From NCBI GenBank assembly GCA_038114465.1, contig JAYNQW010000007.1, forward strand, positions 71,212 to 135,211: a DNA stretch of 64,000 bases, read 5' to 3'. The stretch comes from Rhodospirillaceae bacterium (GTDB lineage: Bacteria; Pseudomonadota; Alphaproteobacteria; Rhodospirillales; CALINB01). This document shows positions 40,704 through 51,347 of the stretch, in pieces (within the stretch, counting starts at the first letter, position 1; each line of letters opens with the position of its first letter). The notes beneath the pieces are model-generated. The model was not told the origin of the DNA. It did not search any database and saw only the letters and a list, made by a program, of their open reading frames with translations. Made by a program: the position numbers and the translations under genes.

Positions 40704-40740
40704 CCGGCTCAAGATAAGATCTTGAGCCGGTTTGTTTTTG
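40704..40740 (+). terminator. rho-independent terminator after the second cytochrome gene
   Basis: CCGGCTCAAGAT-AAG-ATCTTGAGCCGG followed by TTTGTTTTTG. Confidence 0.75.
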
Positions 40741-40817
40741 TCATATTAAGAGCCTATTCATGATATGCTTTTTAATATGCAGCCCCTACCGATTAACCGG
40801 TTTGAGAGACCCCCGTC

Positions 40818-41819
40818 GTGAATCAGCCTATTTTGATCACCATCGCCGGAGTCCTTGCGGTTTCGACCGCCATCGGACTCAACTATTATTTCTCGGAAGA
40901 TAAAGCCGAAGAAGCCGCCAAGGATAAAGCCGCACTCAAACAAACGGCCCCGGCCCCCGTTTCAAAACCGAAACCGACATTATTAAAACCCATCAAGCCG
41001 AGCTTCGATGTTGTGCGTGTCAACCCGCAAGGCGACACGGTTATCGCGGGCCGGGCAAAGCCCGGCAGCACGGTCGTTATCCTCGACCGCGGCAAGGTGA
41101 TCGGAAAAGTGACCGCCGACAGCCGAGGTGAATGGGTGTTCGTGCCGGATAAACCATTAGCACCAGGCAGCCGGCAACTCAGTCTTGAAATGCACGAAGC
41201 AGGCAAAGAGCCGGTCAAATCGGAATCCGATGTTGTCCTCGTCGTGCCTGAGCGGCAAAAGGACATCGCCGGGCAGCCGACGGAAAAAGAAACTCAAGCC
41301 TTGGCCCTGAAAGTACCGCGCGAAAGGCCGGGACCGACCAAGGTTCTGCAAAAACCGTCGTCACATAAAGTCGGGGATCTCAGTGTTGATATTGTCGATT
41401 ACGATGATCAGGGACAACTCAGTATCGGCGGCCAAGCGCCGGCGAATTCGCAATTAAACATATATTTATCCAATCAATTTGTCGGCCGGGCCAAAGCGGA
41501 CGATCAAGGCCAGTGGCGGCTTGAGCTTAAAAAACCGGTAAAGCCGGGCCTTTATACATTACGGGTCGATCAGGTCGGCCCCAAAGGCAAAGTCATTGCG
41601 CGGGTCGCCCTTCCCTTTACCCGCTCAACACCGATCACGTCGATGCAGCCAGGTTCATTTGTCATCGTCCAGCCAGGCAACAGTTTATGGCGTATCGCGC
41701 GCCGGAAATATGGTACCGGATTTCAATATTCGGTGATATATGAAGCCAATAAAGATCAAATCAAGGAACCGGATCTTATTTACCCCGGCCAAATATTTGC
41801 CTTACCTACTTCAAAATAA
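40818..41819 (+). CDS. membrane-anchored LysM peptidoglycan-binding protein with Ig-like repeats
   Basis: GTG start, N-terminal TM helix, two similar G.A.PGS.V...G..IG...AD..G.W segments, and C-terminal LysM (VQPGNSLWRIARRKYG...IYPGQIFALP). Confidence 0.8.
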   Translation: MNQPILITIAGVLAVSTAIGLNYYFSEDKAEEAAKDKAALKQTAPAPVSKPKPTLLKPIKPSFDVVRVNPQGDTVIAGRAKPGSTVVILDRGKVIGKVTADSRGEWVFVPDKPLAPGSRQLSLEMHEAGKEPVKSESDVVLVVPERQKDIAGQPTEKETQALALKVPRERPGPTKVLQKPSSHKVGDLSVDIVDYDDQGQLSIGGQAPANSQLNIYLSNQFVGRAKADDQGQWRLELKKPVKPGLYTLRVDQVGPKGKVIARVALPFTRSTPITSMQPGSFVIVQPGNSLWRIARRKYGTGFQYSVIYEANKDQIKEPDLIYPGQIFALPTSK

Positions 41820-41855
41820 CGATACATTGTAAACGCTAAACAGACGGAGAATCAC

Positions 41856-42557
41856 GTGCCGCTGCCTTTTGTGCTTAAAACCGTATTCTGTCCGATCCAC
41901 CGTGCCGGATGGCCGTTTGTCATCATCTTTAGTGTTGCAACCGTCGGCTTATGGTGGCTTGCCGAACCACTAGGCTGGCTCGGCATTGTCTTAACGCTAT
42001 GGTGCATATATTTCTTCCGCGACCCGGAGCGGGTATCACCAACCCGGGATGGCCTCATCATCAGCCCCGCTGACGGCACCGTGCATGTGATTGATGAAGC
42101 TGTGCCGCCGCCGGAACTTGAAATGGGTGATCAACCGCGGCCCCGGATCGCCATCTTCATGAATGCCTTGAATGTTCACGTCAATCGCATCCCGTGTGCG
42201 GGAAAAATAGCCAAAGTCAGTTACCGCCCCGGAAAATTTCTTAACGCATCCCTCGATAAGGCGAGTGAAGATAACGAACGCAACAGTGTGCGCTTAACCC
42301 TCGATGACGGCCAGGATATTGCCTTCGTGCAAATCGCCGGGCTTATTGCCCGGCGTATCCTATGTGACATCAAAGAAGGTGAAACCGTGCAAACCGGCGA
42401 GAGATTTGGTATGATCCGCTTCGGCAGCCGGGTGGAAGTGTTTATGCCGACTGGGGTTCACGCACTCGTTGCCGTTGGTCAAACCGCTATCGCCGGAGAA
42501 ACCGTGTTGGCTGACCGCGCCAGTCAAGAACCGGCACGCCATGGAGAAGCCCGCTGA
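41856..42557 (+). CDS. psd: phosphatidylserine decarboxylase proenzyme (short alphaproteobacterial type)
   Basis: 233 aa. Cleavage-site region [11 protein letters not shown]. Followed by pssA. Confidence 0.88.
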   Translation: MPLPFVLKTVFCPIHRAGWPFVIIFSVATVGLWWLAEPLGWLGIVLTLWCIYFFRDPERVSPTRDGLIISPADGTVHVIDEAVPPPELEMGDQPRPRIAIFMNALNVHVNRIPCAGKIAKVSYRPGKFLNASLDKASEDNERNSVRLTLDDGQDIAFVQIAGLIARRILCDIKEGETVQTGERFGMIRFGSRVEVFMPTGVHALVAVGQTAIAGETVLADRASQEPARHGEAR

Positions 42558-42568
42558 AGGAGCTACAC

Positions 42569-43375
42569 ATGCGACCCGTCAAGCGACCTCGTTTAAAAGC
42601 ACTGCATTTCAACAGAATGATTCCCAATATTCTGACCCTGCTGGCATTGTGTGCGGGACTTACGGCTATTCGGTTCAGCCTTCAGGAACAATGGGTCCAC
42701 GCTGTCGTGGCTTTGTTAGCTGCCGCCATTTTCGACGGCTTGGACGGCCGCGTCGCGCGCATCCTCAAAGGGACCAGCAAATTTGGCGCCGAACTCGACT
42801 CGTTATCGGACTTCATCAGTTTCGGCGTTGCCCCGGCCATCGTCCTTTATTTATGGACAATGCAAACCTGGGGGAAGTTCGGATGGCTGATCGTTTTGAT
42901 TTATGCCGTTTGTTCGGCACTCCGGCTGGCCCGGTTTAACACCAACATGGACGAATCCGACAAACCCGCCTGGACTGTAAATTTCTTTACCGGCGTTCCC
43001 GCGCCGGCCGCTGCCGGACTCGTCATCGCGCCGATGGTCATGTCCTTTCAGTTCAACACCACTTTTGTGCGCGAACCGGCATTTGTCGCAGGTTTTTTAC
43101 TGGTTATCGCCGCCCTGATGATCAGCCGCGTGCCGACCTTTGCATTGAAAAAAATCAAAGTGGCTCATAAATGGGTTTTACCGCTGATGCTGATCATCGG
43201 CTTGTTCGCCGCATCGATCATGAGCGCACCGTGGGCGACCTTATTAGCCATTGGCGTGATTTATGCCGGATCAATGCCGTTCAGCATTCGCATGTTTCGG
43301 CGATTGGAACGTGAAACCGCGCAAGAACATGGTCCCAGCGTCGTGAGTGACAACGACCAAAGCGCTGCCGGATAA
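42569..43375 (+). CDS. pssA: CDP-diacylglycerol--serine O-phosphatidyltransferase
   Basis: CDP-alcohol phosphatidyltransferase motif DGLDGRVAR...G..LDSL.D. Confidence 0.9.
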   Translation: MRPVKRPRLKALHFNRMIPNILTLLALCAGLTAIRFSLQEQWVHAVVALLAAAIFDGLDGRVARILKGTSKFGAELDSLSDFISFGVAPAIVLYLWTMQTWGKFGWLIVLIYAVCSALRLARFNTNMDESDKPAWTVNFFTGVPAPAAAGLVIAPMVMSFQFNTTFVREPAFVAGFLLVIAALMISRVPTFALKKIKVAHKWVLPLMLIIGLFAASIMSAPWATLLAIGVIYAGSMPFSIRMFRRLERETAQEHGPSVVSDNDQSAAG

Positions 43376-43383
43376 TCACCCAT

Positions 43384-46300
43384 TTAAACCTGTGCGCCCC
43401 GATCAGCCGTTGGCAACGTTTTAACACGCCGCTTGTCCAGCCAAGCCCGCACATTAGCCCGCACCATTAAAGCCGACGGCGTTACGACCAGCGTCAACAC
43501 CGTGGCAAACCCCAAGCCGAATACAATCGCCGTCGACAGTTGCGACCACCATTGCATGGCCGGTGCACCGACGGATACTTCACGCGAGATAAAATCGATA
43601 TTGACGCTCAACACCATCGGCATCAGCCCGAGGATCGTCGTAATGGTCGTCAACATGACCGGGCGCAAACGTTGTGCACCGGTTCGCAAAATAGCCTCGC
43701 GAATAGAACCCGTGGTTTGCTTTAAGCGGTCAAACGTATCGATCAACACAATATTATTGTTTACAACGATGCCTGCCAGGGCGATGACGCCGATCCCCCC
43801 CATCACAATGCCAAAGGGCTGGCTGGTAACCAACAGGCCGATGAAAACACCGATAGTCGACATGACAACGGCGGTTAGGATGAGGAAGGCGGAATAAAAA
43901 CTGTTGAACTGGGTAACCAAAATAATCGCCATAATAAACAGCGCAATGCCGAAAGCCTTGCCGAGAAATGCCTTTGCTTTGTTTTGCTCTTCATCCTCGC
44001 CTTTAAAGACAACACGAATACGCGGGTCGAAATTTGCAGTAGGCAGCCAAGCACGAATAATTTTAACCATGTCATCGACGAGCACCCCTTCGGCGACATC
44101 GGCTTTGACGGAAAAAACACGCTTACTATCGCTGCGCCGGACCGTGCCGGTTCGTTGCTTGGCAATACGTTTTACAAAATTGCTGATCGGTACCAAGCCC
44201 TCGTTCGTACTAATGCGAATATTATCTAGCTCGGAAATGGTCCTGTACCGGCGTGGATAACGCGCACGCAATTCGACTTCATCATCGGAATCATCGGGCC
44301 GGTATTCGCTCATCTTGATGCCGGTGCTAACCATTTGAACCGCTTTGCCGATCAAATCAATATCCGCGCCGAACTTCGCGGCCTGCGCCCGGTCGACTTT
44401 TAACTGCCAATCGATACCTGGCAACGGCAGGTCGTCTTCAACATTGATCAACCCGTCAATGGATTCCAGTTTTTGCCGGAACTTGTCGATTGCCGGCGGC
44501 AATATATCGGGAAATTTCGAGGATAATTCAATTTGCACAGGCTTACCGATGGGCGGGCCTGCCTCTTGCTTGCGCGAATTAACATGAATGCCCGCTAAAT
44601 CTTTCGTCCGCTCGACGGCTTCGGCCAAAATTTCCCGTGCCTTTCGGCGCTTCTTCCAATCGACAAACTCCAATGTGATCGTGCCGATAATATCTTCCGA
44701 ATCTTGGGATACTTCCGCTTGGCCGATGCGGGTGTAAATCGTTTGAAACTCTCTCATGTCGAGAATTCTTTTTTCGACCTCACGCATCAATGCGTTTTTT
44801 TCATAGGCCGATAAATTGCCCCGCGCACGAACTTGAAGCTTGGCGAATTCGGGTTCTACTTTAGGAAAAAACTCTATGCCTTTGCCGAAATTGGCATAGA
44901 CCACCTGAACGCCCACCAGCAAGAACACCGCCGCCATCAAAACCTTAAATGGATGATCGAGGGCTTTATTTAAGACCCGGATATACTGGCCGGTGCCACC
45001 GCTGATATCTTCGATCCGGCCCTTCTCGCCACCCGCCAAATTACGCATGGTTTGGGCATCCGCAACACCCGGCTTGCCGATATAAGCGCCCAGGGTCGGT
45101 ACAAATACAAGCGCCATCATTAATGATGCCGATAAGGTCGCCACCAAGGTAATCGGCAAGTATTTCATAAATTCGCCGACCAAGCCGGGCCAAAACATCA
45201 GGGGTAAAAATGCCGCCAGCGTGGTCGCCGTTGATGCGATAATCGGCCATGCCATGCGTTTGGATGCTAAAGCATACGCTTTGATGCGTGGCTCGCCCTC
45301 GATCATTTTCCGGTCGGCATACTCCGTCACCACGATGGCACCGTCGACCAACATGCCGACGGCCAAAATCAACGCAAACAACACAACGATGTTGACGGTT
45401 AATCCAGCGGCCGAAATAACAAGGATGCCGGTGAGGAATGAACCCGGTATCGCCAAACCGACAAGGCCGGCCGTGCGCACACCGAGGGCGGCGATAACCA
45501 CGATCATCACCAGTAAGATTGCCGCCATGACGTTATTCTGCAAATCCAACAGCATCGTCCGAACCTGCTTGGACTTATCTTGGGAATACGAAATTCGAAT
45601 ATTTTCTTTCAGGGTTTTGGGCCAGGACGCGCGCTCTTGAGTGATCACTTTCCGGACGCTTTCGATGGCCTCAATAATGTTGTAGCCCGAGCGCTTGGCG
45701 ACTTCGAGGGCGATCGCGGTTTCGCCATTTACCCGAGCGAAACTTTCCCGGTCCTTATATGTACGCCGCACTTCGGCGATATCGCCGACACGCACAACTG
45801 AATCGCCATCCACCTTGATCGGCAGCTCTAAAATATCCCATGCATTTTCGAGCAAACCCGGAACCTTGATCGAGAACCGCCCCTTGCCGGTATCCTGCGC
45901 GCCGGCCGCCACAAGCAAATTACTGCGCTCAATAATGGTGATCGCATCGGCGGGCGATATGCCGTAACTTTCGACCTTGACCGGGTCGACTAAGATTTCG
46001 ACCATTTCCTCCCGGTCGCCGGCGATATCGGCGGAAAGAACGCTGGTGATGCTTTCGATGGAGTCCCTTAAATCACGCGCCCGCTTGAGCAACTCGCGTT
46101 CCGGCACCGGCCCCGACAACGTCACTTGAATCACGGGGAACATAGCAAATGAAACCTCATGTACGGTCGGCTCTTCGGCTTCATCCGGCAGCTCTGATTT
46201 CGCCAAATCGACCTTGGCGCGCACATCGTTTAAGGCTAAATCCGCGTTGAAACCGGCCTCGTATTCGAGCGTGATATTCGCACCGCCCTCAAACCCCGAG

Positions 46301-46545
46301 GCGCGCATTTCTTTAACACCTTGGATTTTACGCAATTCCAATTCCATGGGGCGGATCAATAGCCGCTCAGCATCTTCCGGTGAAATGCCCTCGAGTTTCA
46401 ATTTCACGTAAATCACCGGCATGTTGACATCCGGTTCCGCTTCTTTCGGGATCGAGATATAGGCGATCGTGCCCGCAATCAAAATCAAGGCGAGAGTTGC
46501 AAAGACAGTCCGAGACCGGCTGATGGCGGCATCAATGAGAGTCAC
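43384..46545 (-). CDS. RND efflux transporter permease (AcrB/HAE family)
   Basis: 1053 aa, 12-TM architecture with two large periplasmic loops. Overlaps the upstream adaptor gene by 4 nt. Confidence 0.95.
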   Translation of the reverse strand: MTLIDAAISRSRTVFATLALILIAGTIAYISIPKEAEPDVNMPVIYVKLKLEGISPEDAERLLIRPMELELRKIQGVKEMRASGFEGGANITLEYEAGFNADLALNDVRAKVDLAKSELPDEAEEPTVHEVSFAMFPVIQVTLSGPVPERELLKRARDLRDSIESITSVLSADIAGDREEMVEILVDPVKVESYGISPADAITIIERSNLLVAAGAQDTGKGRFSIKVPGLLENAWDILELPIKVDGDSVVRVGDIAEVRRTYKDRESFARVNGETAIALEVAKRSGYNIIEAIESVRKVITQERASWPKTLKENIRISYSQDKSKQVRTMLLDLQNNVMAAILLVMIVVIAALGVRTAGLVGLAIPGSFLTGILVISAAGLTVNIVVLFALILAVGMLVDGAIVVTEYADRKMIEGEPRIKAYALASKRMAWPIIASTATTLAAFLPLMFWPGLVGEFMKYLPITLVATLSASLMMALVFVPTLGAYIGKPGVADAQTMRNLAGGEKGRIEDISGGTGQYIRVLNKALDHPFKVLMAAVFLLVGVQVVYANFGKGIEFFPKVEPEFAKLQVRARGNLSAYEKNALMREVEKRILDMREFQTIYTRIGQAEVSQDSEDIIGTITLEFVDWKKRRKAREILAEAVERTKDLAGIHVNSRKQEAGPPIGKPVQIELSSKFPDILPPAIDKFRQKLESIDGLINVEDDLPLPGIDWQLKVDRAQAAKFGADIDLIGKAVQMVSTGIKMSEYRPDDSDDEVELRARYPRRYRTISELDNIRISTNEGLVPISNFVKRIAKQRTGTVRRSDSKRVFSVKADVAEGVLVDDMVKIIRAWLPTANFDPRIRVVFKGEDEEQNKAKAFLGKAFGIALFIMAIILVTQFNSFYSAFLILTAVVMSTIGVFIGLLVTSQPFGIVMGGIGVIALAGIVVNNNIVLIDTFDRLKQTTGSIREAILRTGAQRLRPVMLTTITTILGLMPMVLSVNIDFISREVSVGAPAMQWWSQLSTAIVFGLGFATVLTLVVTPSALMVRANVRAWLDKRRVKTLPTADRGAQV

Positions 46546-47648
46546 GGCTTCACTCCGGCCACCGGTTGTGATGTTTCGACTGGCGCAAGTGAATTCTCGT
46601 AAATACTGCGCACTCGTTGTCCGGCACGGACGTACTCCTGGCCGACGGTAATCAAATTAATCTCTTCGGGCAGTCCCGCCACCCAGACACCGTCAGCCGT
46701 ATCGGCGACCAAGGTAACCGGATGAAAAGCAACCGTATCGTCGGCCTGAACGGTCTTCACCCCAAGGGCTCCCTCTTTCGATAAAGTCAACACGGCCGGA
46801 CTCATCAAGTGTGCCCGCACGCTTTCCGTTGGAATAAACAATTCCGCCGTTAAACCCTCGGCAAGTTCACCATCCGGATTGGGAACGGCAATTTCAATAC
46901 GGAATGTCCGTGTTTTCGTGACTCCGACTTTTGCCAAGTACTGAATGGTGCCTGTAAGCCGCTTCCCGTTAACAAACCTCACGACGGCTTGCGCATTTTG
47001 TTCAACATTTGCACGATGCCGTTCGTTGACTTCACCGACGATAATGACCGGATCGAGATCGGCAACCGTGCCGACGACCGAATTCACATCGACATAATCG
47101 CCAACTTCAATTTTTAGATCATCAAGCACACCATCGAAGGGGGCGAGAATTTTTGTTCGCTTTAAATCAAGACGCTTACTCGCCAGTTCGGCTTTCGCTT
47201 GATCAAGCTTGGCTTTGGTTTCGGCGAGTTGAACACGCGAACGAAAAGCTTTTCTCGATAATTTGCGGGCTGCTTCATAGGCAAGCTTATAATGTTCGAC
47301 ACTTGATTGCGCTTCGCGCAGGCGCGCCGCGCGGTCATCGACCGCCAGTTGGGCGATAACGTCACCCGCCACTACCCGGTTGCCTTTTTGCTTGATGAGT
47401 TTCTCGATGCGCCCTTTGGTTTCGACCCGCACATCAACTTTACGGTCGGCTTCCGTCCGGCCAAACAGCACCACTTGGCCGACTTTATTCTGAGCCAGCA
47501 GCCGTTTTACGCGTACCTGCGGGAGCGGGTTATTCACCGATGCCGTCTTCACCACGGTATCTTTTGGTACCGAAGACAACAGCCCCGAAGCCACCCACAG
47601 GAACGCAAGAGCGGCAATCGAGCCGGCGATAAGATATGAACGTTTCAT
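46542..47648 (-). CDS. RND efflux periplasmic adaptor (membrane fusion protein)
   Basis: N-terminal anchor, coiled-coil hairpin region (LAYEAARKL...LDQAKAELA), beta-barrel C-terminus. Confidence 0.9.
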   Translation of the reverse strand: MKRSYLIAGSIAALAFLWVASGLLSSVPKDTVVKTASVNNPLPQVRVKRLLAQNKVGQVVLFGRTEADRKVDVRVETKGRIEKLIKQKGNRVVAGDVIAQLAVDDRAARLREAQSSVEHYKLAYEAARKLSRKAFRSRVQLAETKAKLDQAKAELASKRLDLKRTKILAPFDGVLDDLKIEVGDYVDVNSVVGTVADLDPVIIVGEVNERHRANVEQNAQAVVRFVNGKRLTGTIQYLAKVGVTKTRTFRIEIAVPNPDGELAEGLTAELFIPTESVRAHLMSPAVLTLSKEGALGVKTVQADDTVAFHPVTLVADTADGVWVAGLPEEINLITVGQEYVRAGQRVRSIYENSLAPVETSQPVAGVKP

Positions 47649-47849
47649 TCGGCTACCCCAGTTGTGGCCGTTTTAGGTTTAATATCAAAACAATAGACTA
47701 AAATATTCATAAATAAATGTAAATATGAATATAATTTTTAATATACCTGCCCTGCATGTGCTGCATGCCTATAGTAAACCCTTTAAATAATAAGGATTTC
47801 CCAAAACGGCCCCTGTGCTATCAACGCTCGGAAAACGAAGAAAATATCC

Positions 47850-49073
47850 ATGTCTGAAGAATTTCACCGCAAAGAGTTTGAGCCGTCGGCCCCCTGTCCC
47901 CTGGACGGCGTTCGGGTGCTCGATCTCTCGCGGCTCGTCGCCGGCAATGTTGTTAGTCTTCAACTCGCCGATTTCGGCGCCGAAGTTATCAAGGTGGAGG
48001 ATCCAAAAAAAGGCGATCCGCTACGCCATTGGGAAATCGAAGGCGTGCCGACCTCCTGGAAAGTTTATGGCCGTAACAAAAAAAGCATTACGCTCAATCT
48101 TCGCTCGCCGGAAGGATCGGCACTGTTGTTGCGTTTGGTGGAAGATGCTGATGTACTGATCGAAAACTTCCGCCCGGGCACTCTTGAAAAAACAGATTTC
48201 CCGCCGGATAAACTCATGCAAACCAATCCGAACTTGATCCTCGTTCGCGTTTCCGGCTGGGGCCAGACGGGGCCTTATAAAGACCGCCTCGGTTTCGGCA
48301 CCCTCGTCGAAGGCGCATCGGGCTTTGCCGCTAAGAATGGTTTCGAAGACCGTGAACCGGTGCTGCCACCACTGGCACTCGCCGACATGACTTCGGGCCT
48401 TTATGGCGCCATGGCCGTGATGATGGCGTTACGCCACAAGGAAGTGAAAGGCGGCTCCGGACAGATCATCGATTTATCGTTATTAGAGCCAATCTTTTCC
48501 GTCCTCGGACCGCAGGCCTTAAACTACCGGTTAACGAAACGAGTCGACCCGCGGGTCGGCAGCCGCACCCACACTTCCGCACCCCGCAATGTTTACAAAA
48601 CGAAAGACGGGAAATGGATTTCCTTGTCGGCATCCATGCAATCCATGGCGGAACGGCTATTTCGTCTCATGGGCCGAGAAGACATCATCACCGATGAGCG
48701 ATTTAACACAAACCGGCAGCGCGTACTGAATAACGATCAGCTTGACCCCATCGTTGCCGACTACATGGCGCAATTTACTCTTGAAGAGGGCATGGAGCTC
48801 TTTCAACGTGAGGGGATTACGGTCGCGCCCGTGAACGATATTTCACAAATCGTCAAAGATGAACATTTCAAAGAACGCGAAGTGATCGTCGAAGTGCCCG
48901 ATGAAGACTTAGGCTCAATCCCGATGCACAACATCATTCCGCGTCTGTCGCAATCGCCCGGTAAACTGCGCCGCCCCGCGCCAAAACTCGGCGAACATAA
49001 CGAAGAAATATTCGCACACCTTGGCATAACAAAAGATGATATCACTAAGCTTAAGAATAAAGAGATAATCTGA
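47850..49073 (+). CDS. family III (CaiB/BaiF) CoA-transferase
   Basis: PLDGVRVLDLSRLVAGN...ADFGAEVIKVE N-terminus is typical of the family. Confidence 0.9.
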   Translation: MSEEFHRKEFEPSAPCPLDGVRVLDLSRLVAGNVVSLQLADFGAEVIKVEDPKKGDPLRHWEIEGVPTSWKVYGRNKKSITLNLRSPEGSALLLRLVEDADVLIENFRPGTLEKTDFPPDKLMQTNPNLILVRVSGWGQTGPYKDRLGFGTLVEGASGFAAKNGFEDREPVLPPLALADMTSGLYGAMAVMMALRHKEVKGGSGQIIDLSLLEPIFSVLGPQALNYRLTKRVDPRVGSRTHTSAPRNVYKTKDGKWISLSASMQSMAERLFRLMGREDIITDERFNTNRQRVLNNDQLDPIVADYMAQFTLEEGMELFQREGITVAPVNDISQIVKDEHFKEREVIVEVPDEDLGSIPMHNIIPRLSQSPGKLRRPAPKLGEHNEEIFAHLGITKDDITKLKNKEII

Positions 49074-49085
49074 GGAGGACTTACC

Positions 49086-50000
49086 GTGAGCAAAGAAAAA
49101 GTATTACCCGTTTGGCGATCCCTTTTGTTCGTACCGGTCAACGTCGATAAGTTCGTCGACAAAGCGCACACACGCGGGGCCGACGGTATTATTCTCGACC
49201 TCGAAGATAGCATCGCCCCCAGCGAAAAGGATAACGCACGCACGCTGGTGAAAGCGGCGGCGGCAAAAGTGAAACGCGGCGGCGGCGATGTTCTGGTGCG
49301 GATTAATCGGCCATGGCGGATGGCCATGCGCGACATCGAAGCTTCCATTTGCCCGGATGTGAACGCGTTGGTGATTTCCAAAGCCGAAAGCCCGGAGCAC
49401 GTGCAGATGATTGCCGAAGTGGTTGAAGATTGCGAGGCCGAACAAGGCATGGACGTCGGCGCGACGAAATTTCTCGTCAATGTCGAAGACCCGAAATCTT
49501 TCATGCGCATGGCGGATATCCTGCAAGCACACGATCGCATTGTCGCCGGCGGTGCGGCGAGCGAGGACCTTTCTGCCGAGATGGGCGCGGAAGCAAGCGC
49601 GGATGCGCTCTATATGCCGAAGATGCATGCAGTTATGTCGGCGCGCGCCGCCGGGATCGTTCCCCTCGGCTACGTCGGCTCCATCGCGGACTATTCCGAT
49701 CTCGACGGCTACCGCGCCATGATCGAGCGCTCGCGCAAACTCGGTTTTGAAGGCTCAGCCTGCATCCATCCCAATCAAGCCAAAATTCTCAATGAGGTTC
49801 ACCGCCCGTCGGACGAAGACGTCGCGCAAGCACGCAAAATGATCGACGCTTATGATGAAGCCCATGCCAAAGGCCTTGGTGCGATTTCCATGGACGGCAT
49901 CATGGTCGATATTCCTGTCGTCAACCGGGCACGCAACGTCATGCGGCGTTATGAGAAAATCACCGCGCGCGAAGAAAAAGCGAAAGCGTTGAATGGCTAA
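49086..50000 (+). CDS. HpcH/HpaI-CitE-like acyl-CoA lyase (malyl/citramalyl-CoA lyase family)
   Basis: GTG start after GAGGAGGA. RSLLFVP......K......ADGIILDLEDS motif. Confidence 0.85.
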   Translation: MSKEKVLPVWRSLLFVPVNVDKFVDKAHTRGADGIILDLEDSIAPSEKDNARTLVKAAAAKVKRGGGDVLVRINRPWRMAMRDIEASICPDVNALVISKAESPEHVQMIAEVVEDCEAEQGMDVGATKFLVNVEDPKSFMRMADILQAHDRIVAGGAASEDLSAEMGAEASADALYMPKMHAVMSARAAGIVPLGYVGSIADYSDLDGYRAMIERSRKLGFEGSACIHPNQAKILNEVHRPSDEDVAQARKMIDAYDEAHAKGLGAISMDGIMVDIPVVNRARNVMRRYEKITAREEKAKALNG

Positions 50001-50018
50001 CCGGCGGCGGGCCGGCCC

Positions 50019-51347
50019 GTGAGCGGAAGTGTGACCGATACCGAGTCCCCCCATAAACGCGTTTGGCGGCTTGCCGGACCGCTGATCATTTCCAACATTT
50101 CGATCCCGATCCTCGGCGCGGTCGACACCGCCGTGGTCGGCCACTTGCCGGGTCCGCAATACATCGGCGCGGTTGCCGTCGGCACCATGATCTTCACGGC
50201 CCTATACGCCGGCACTTCGTTTCTGCGCATGGCGACCGTCGGCCTTTCGGCACAAGCGTACGGCAGCGATGACGGCAGCGAAATGCGCGCCGTGCTCGCC
50301 CGTGCGTTTCTGTTCGGCTTGGGGATCGGTTTAGCCATCATCGTGTTGCAAGTCCCGCTTGCCCACATCGGCTTTTATTTGATGGGTGCGGGGCCGGATG
50401 TCGAACCGTTGGCGCGGGAATACTTTTTCATCCGCGTTTGGGCCGCCCCCGCCGCGCTGACCAATATCGCCATCATCGGTTGGCTGATCGGCGCGCACAA
50501 CACCCGTGCCAGCCTCGCCATGTACCTTCTCATGAACGGCCTTAACGCCGCGCTTGATCTGTGGTTTGTGATCGGATTGGGCTGGGGGGTCGCGGGTGTC
50601 GCTTGGGCGACATTCATCGCACAATACGCGACATTGGTTTTGGGTCTTGTGATCGCCATGCGCATGCTGCGGGGCATGAACGGCACGTGGGATCGGGAAA
50701 AGCTGCTGAACAAACAGGCCTTTACCCGGCTTGCCGCGATCAACCGGGATATCTTCCTCCGCTCCATGTTCCTGCAGGGCGCTATTTTCGCTTTTACCTC
50801 CATCGGCGCGCGGCTCGGGACCGTCGTTCTTGCCGCCAACGCCATCCTCATCGTGTTTCAGTATGTCATGTCCGCCGCCATCGACGGTTTCTCACATACC
50901 TCAAGCGCCTTGGTCGGCGATGCCATCGGTACGCGAAGCCGCGAAAGATTCAGCGAAGCTGTGCGCATCACAACATGGTGGTCGTTCGGCTGCGCCGCAC
51001 TTTTTAGCGTGATCTTCATAACGACAGGACCGTTTTTCATCGACATCATGACCAGCGTGCCGGACGTGCGCGCAGCGGCGCGAGATTTTCTGCCCTGGAT
51101 GGTAATCACACCGCTCGCCGGGTTCTTGAGTTATCAGCTCGACGGCTTTTTCATCGGCGCTACCCGTGCCGCCGACATGCGCAATGCGATGCTTGTGTCC
51201 GTCTTGATTTACACTCTCGCCCTTGCCGTGCTGGTGCCACCCTTCGGCAATCACGGCTTGTGGCTTAGCTTCATCGTGTTGCTGCTGGCCCGCGCCGCCA
51301 CGTTGTATCTGCGCTTTCCGAAGGTCGAGCGGAGCATCGGAAATTAA
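50019..51347 (+). CDS. MATE-family efflux transporter (DinF-like)
   Basis: 442 aa, 12 predicted helices. N-terminal LAGPLIISNISIPILGAVDTAVVGHL. Confidence 0.88.
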   Translation: MSGSVTDTESPHKRVWRLAGPLIISNISIPILGAVDTAVVGHLPGPQYIGAVAVGTMIFTALYAGTSFLRMATVGLSAQAYGSDDGSEMRAVLARAFLFGLGIGLAIIVLQVPLAHIGFYLMGAGPDVEPLAREYFFIRVWAAPAALTNIAIIGWLIGAHNTRASLAMYLLMNGLNAALDLWFVIGLGWGVAGVAWATFIAQYATLVLGLVIAMRMLRGMNGTWDREKLLNKQAFTRLAAINRDIFLRSMFLQGAIFAFTSIGARLGTVVLAANAILIVFQYVMSAAIDGFSHTSSALVGDAIGTRSRERFSEAVRITTWWSFGCAALFSVIFITTGPFFIDIMTSVPDVRAAARDFLPWMVITPLAGFLSYQLDGFFIGATRAADMRNAMLVSVLIYTLALAVLVPPFGNHGLWLSFIVLLLARAATLYLRFPKVERSIGN

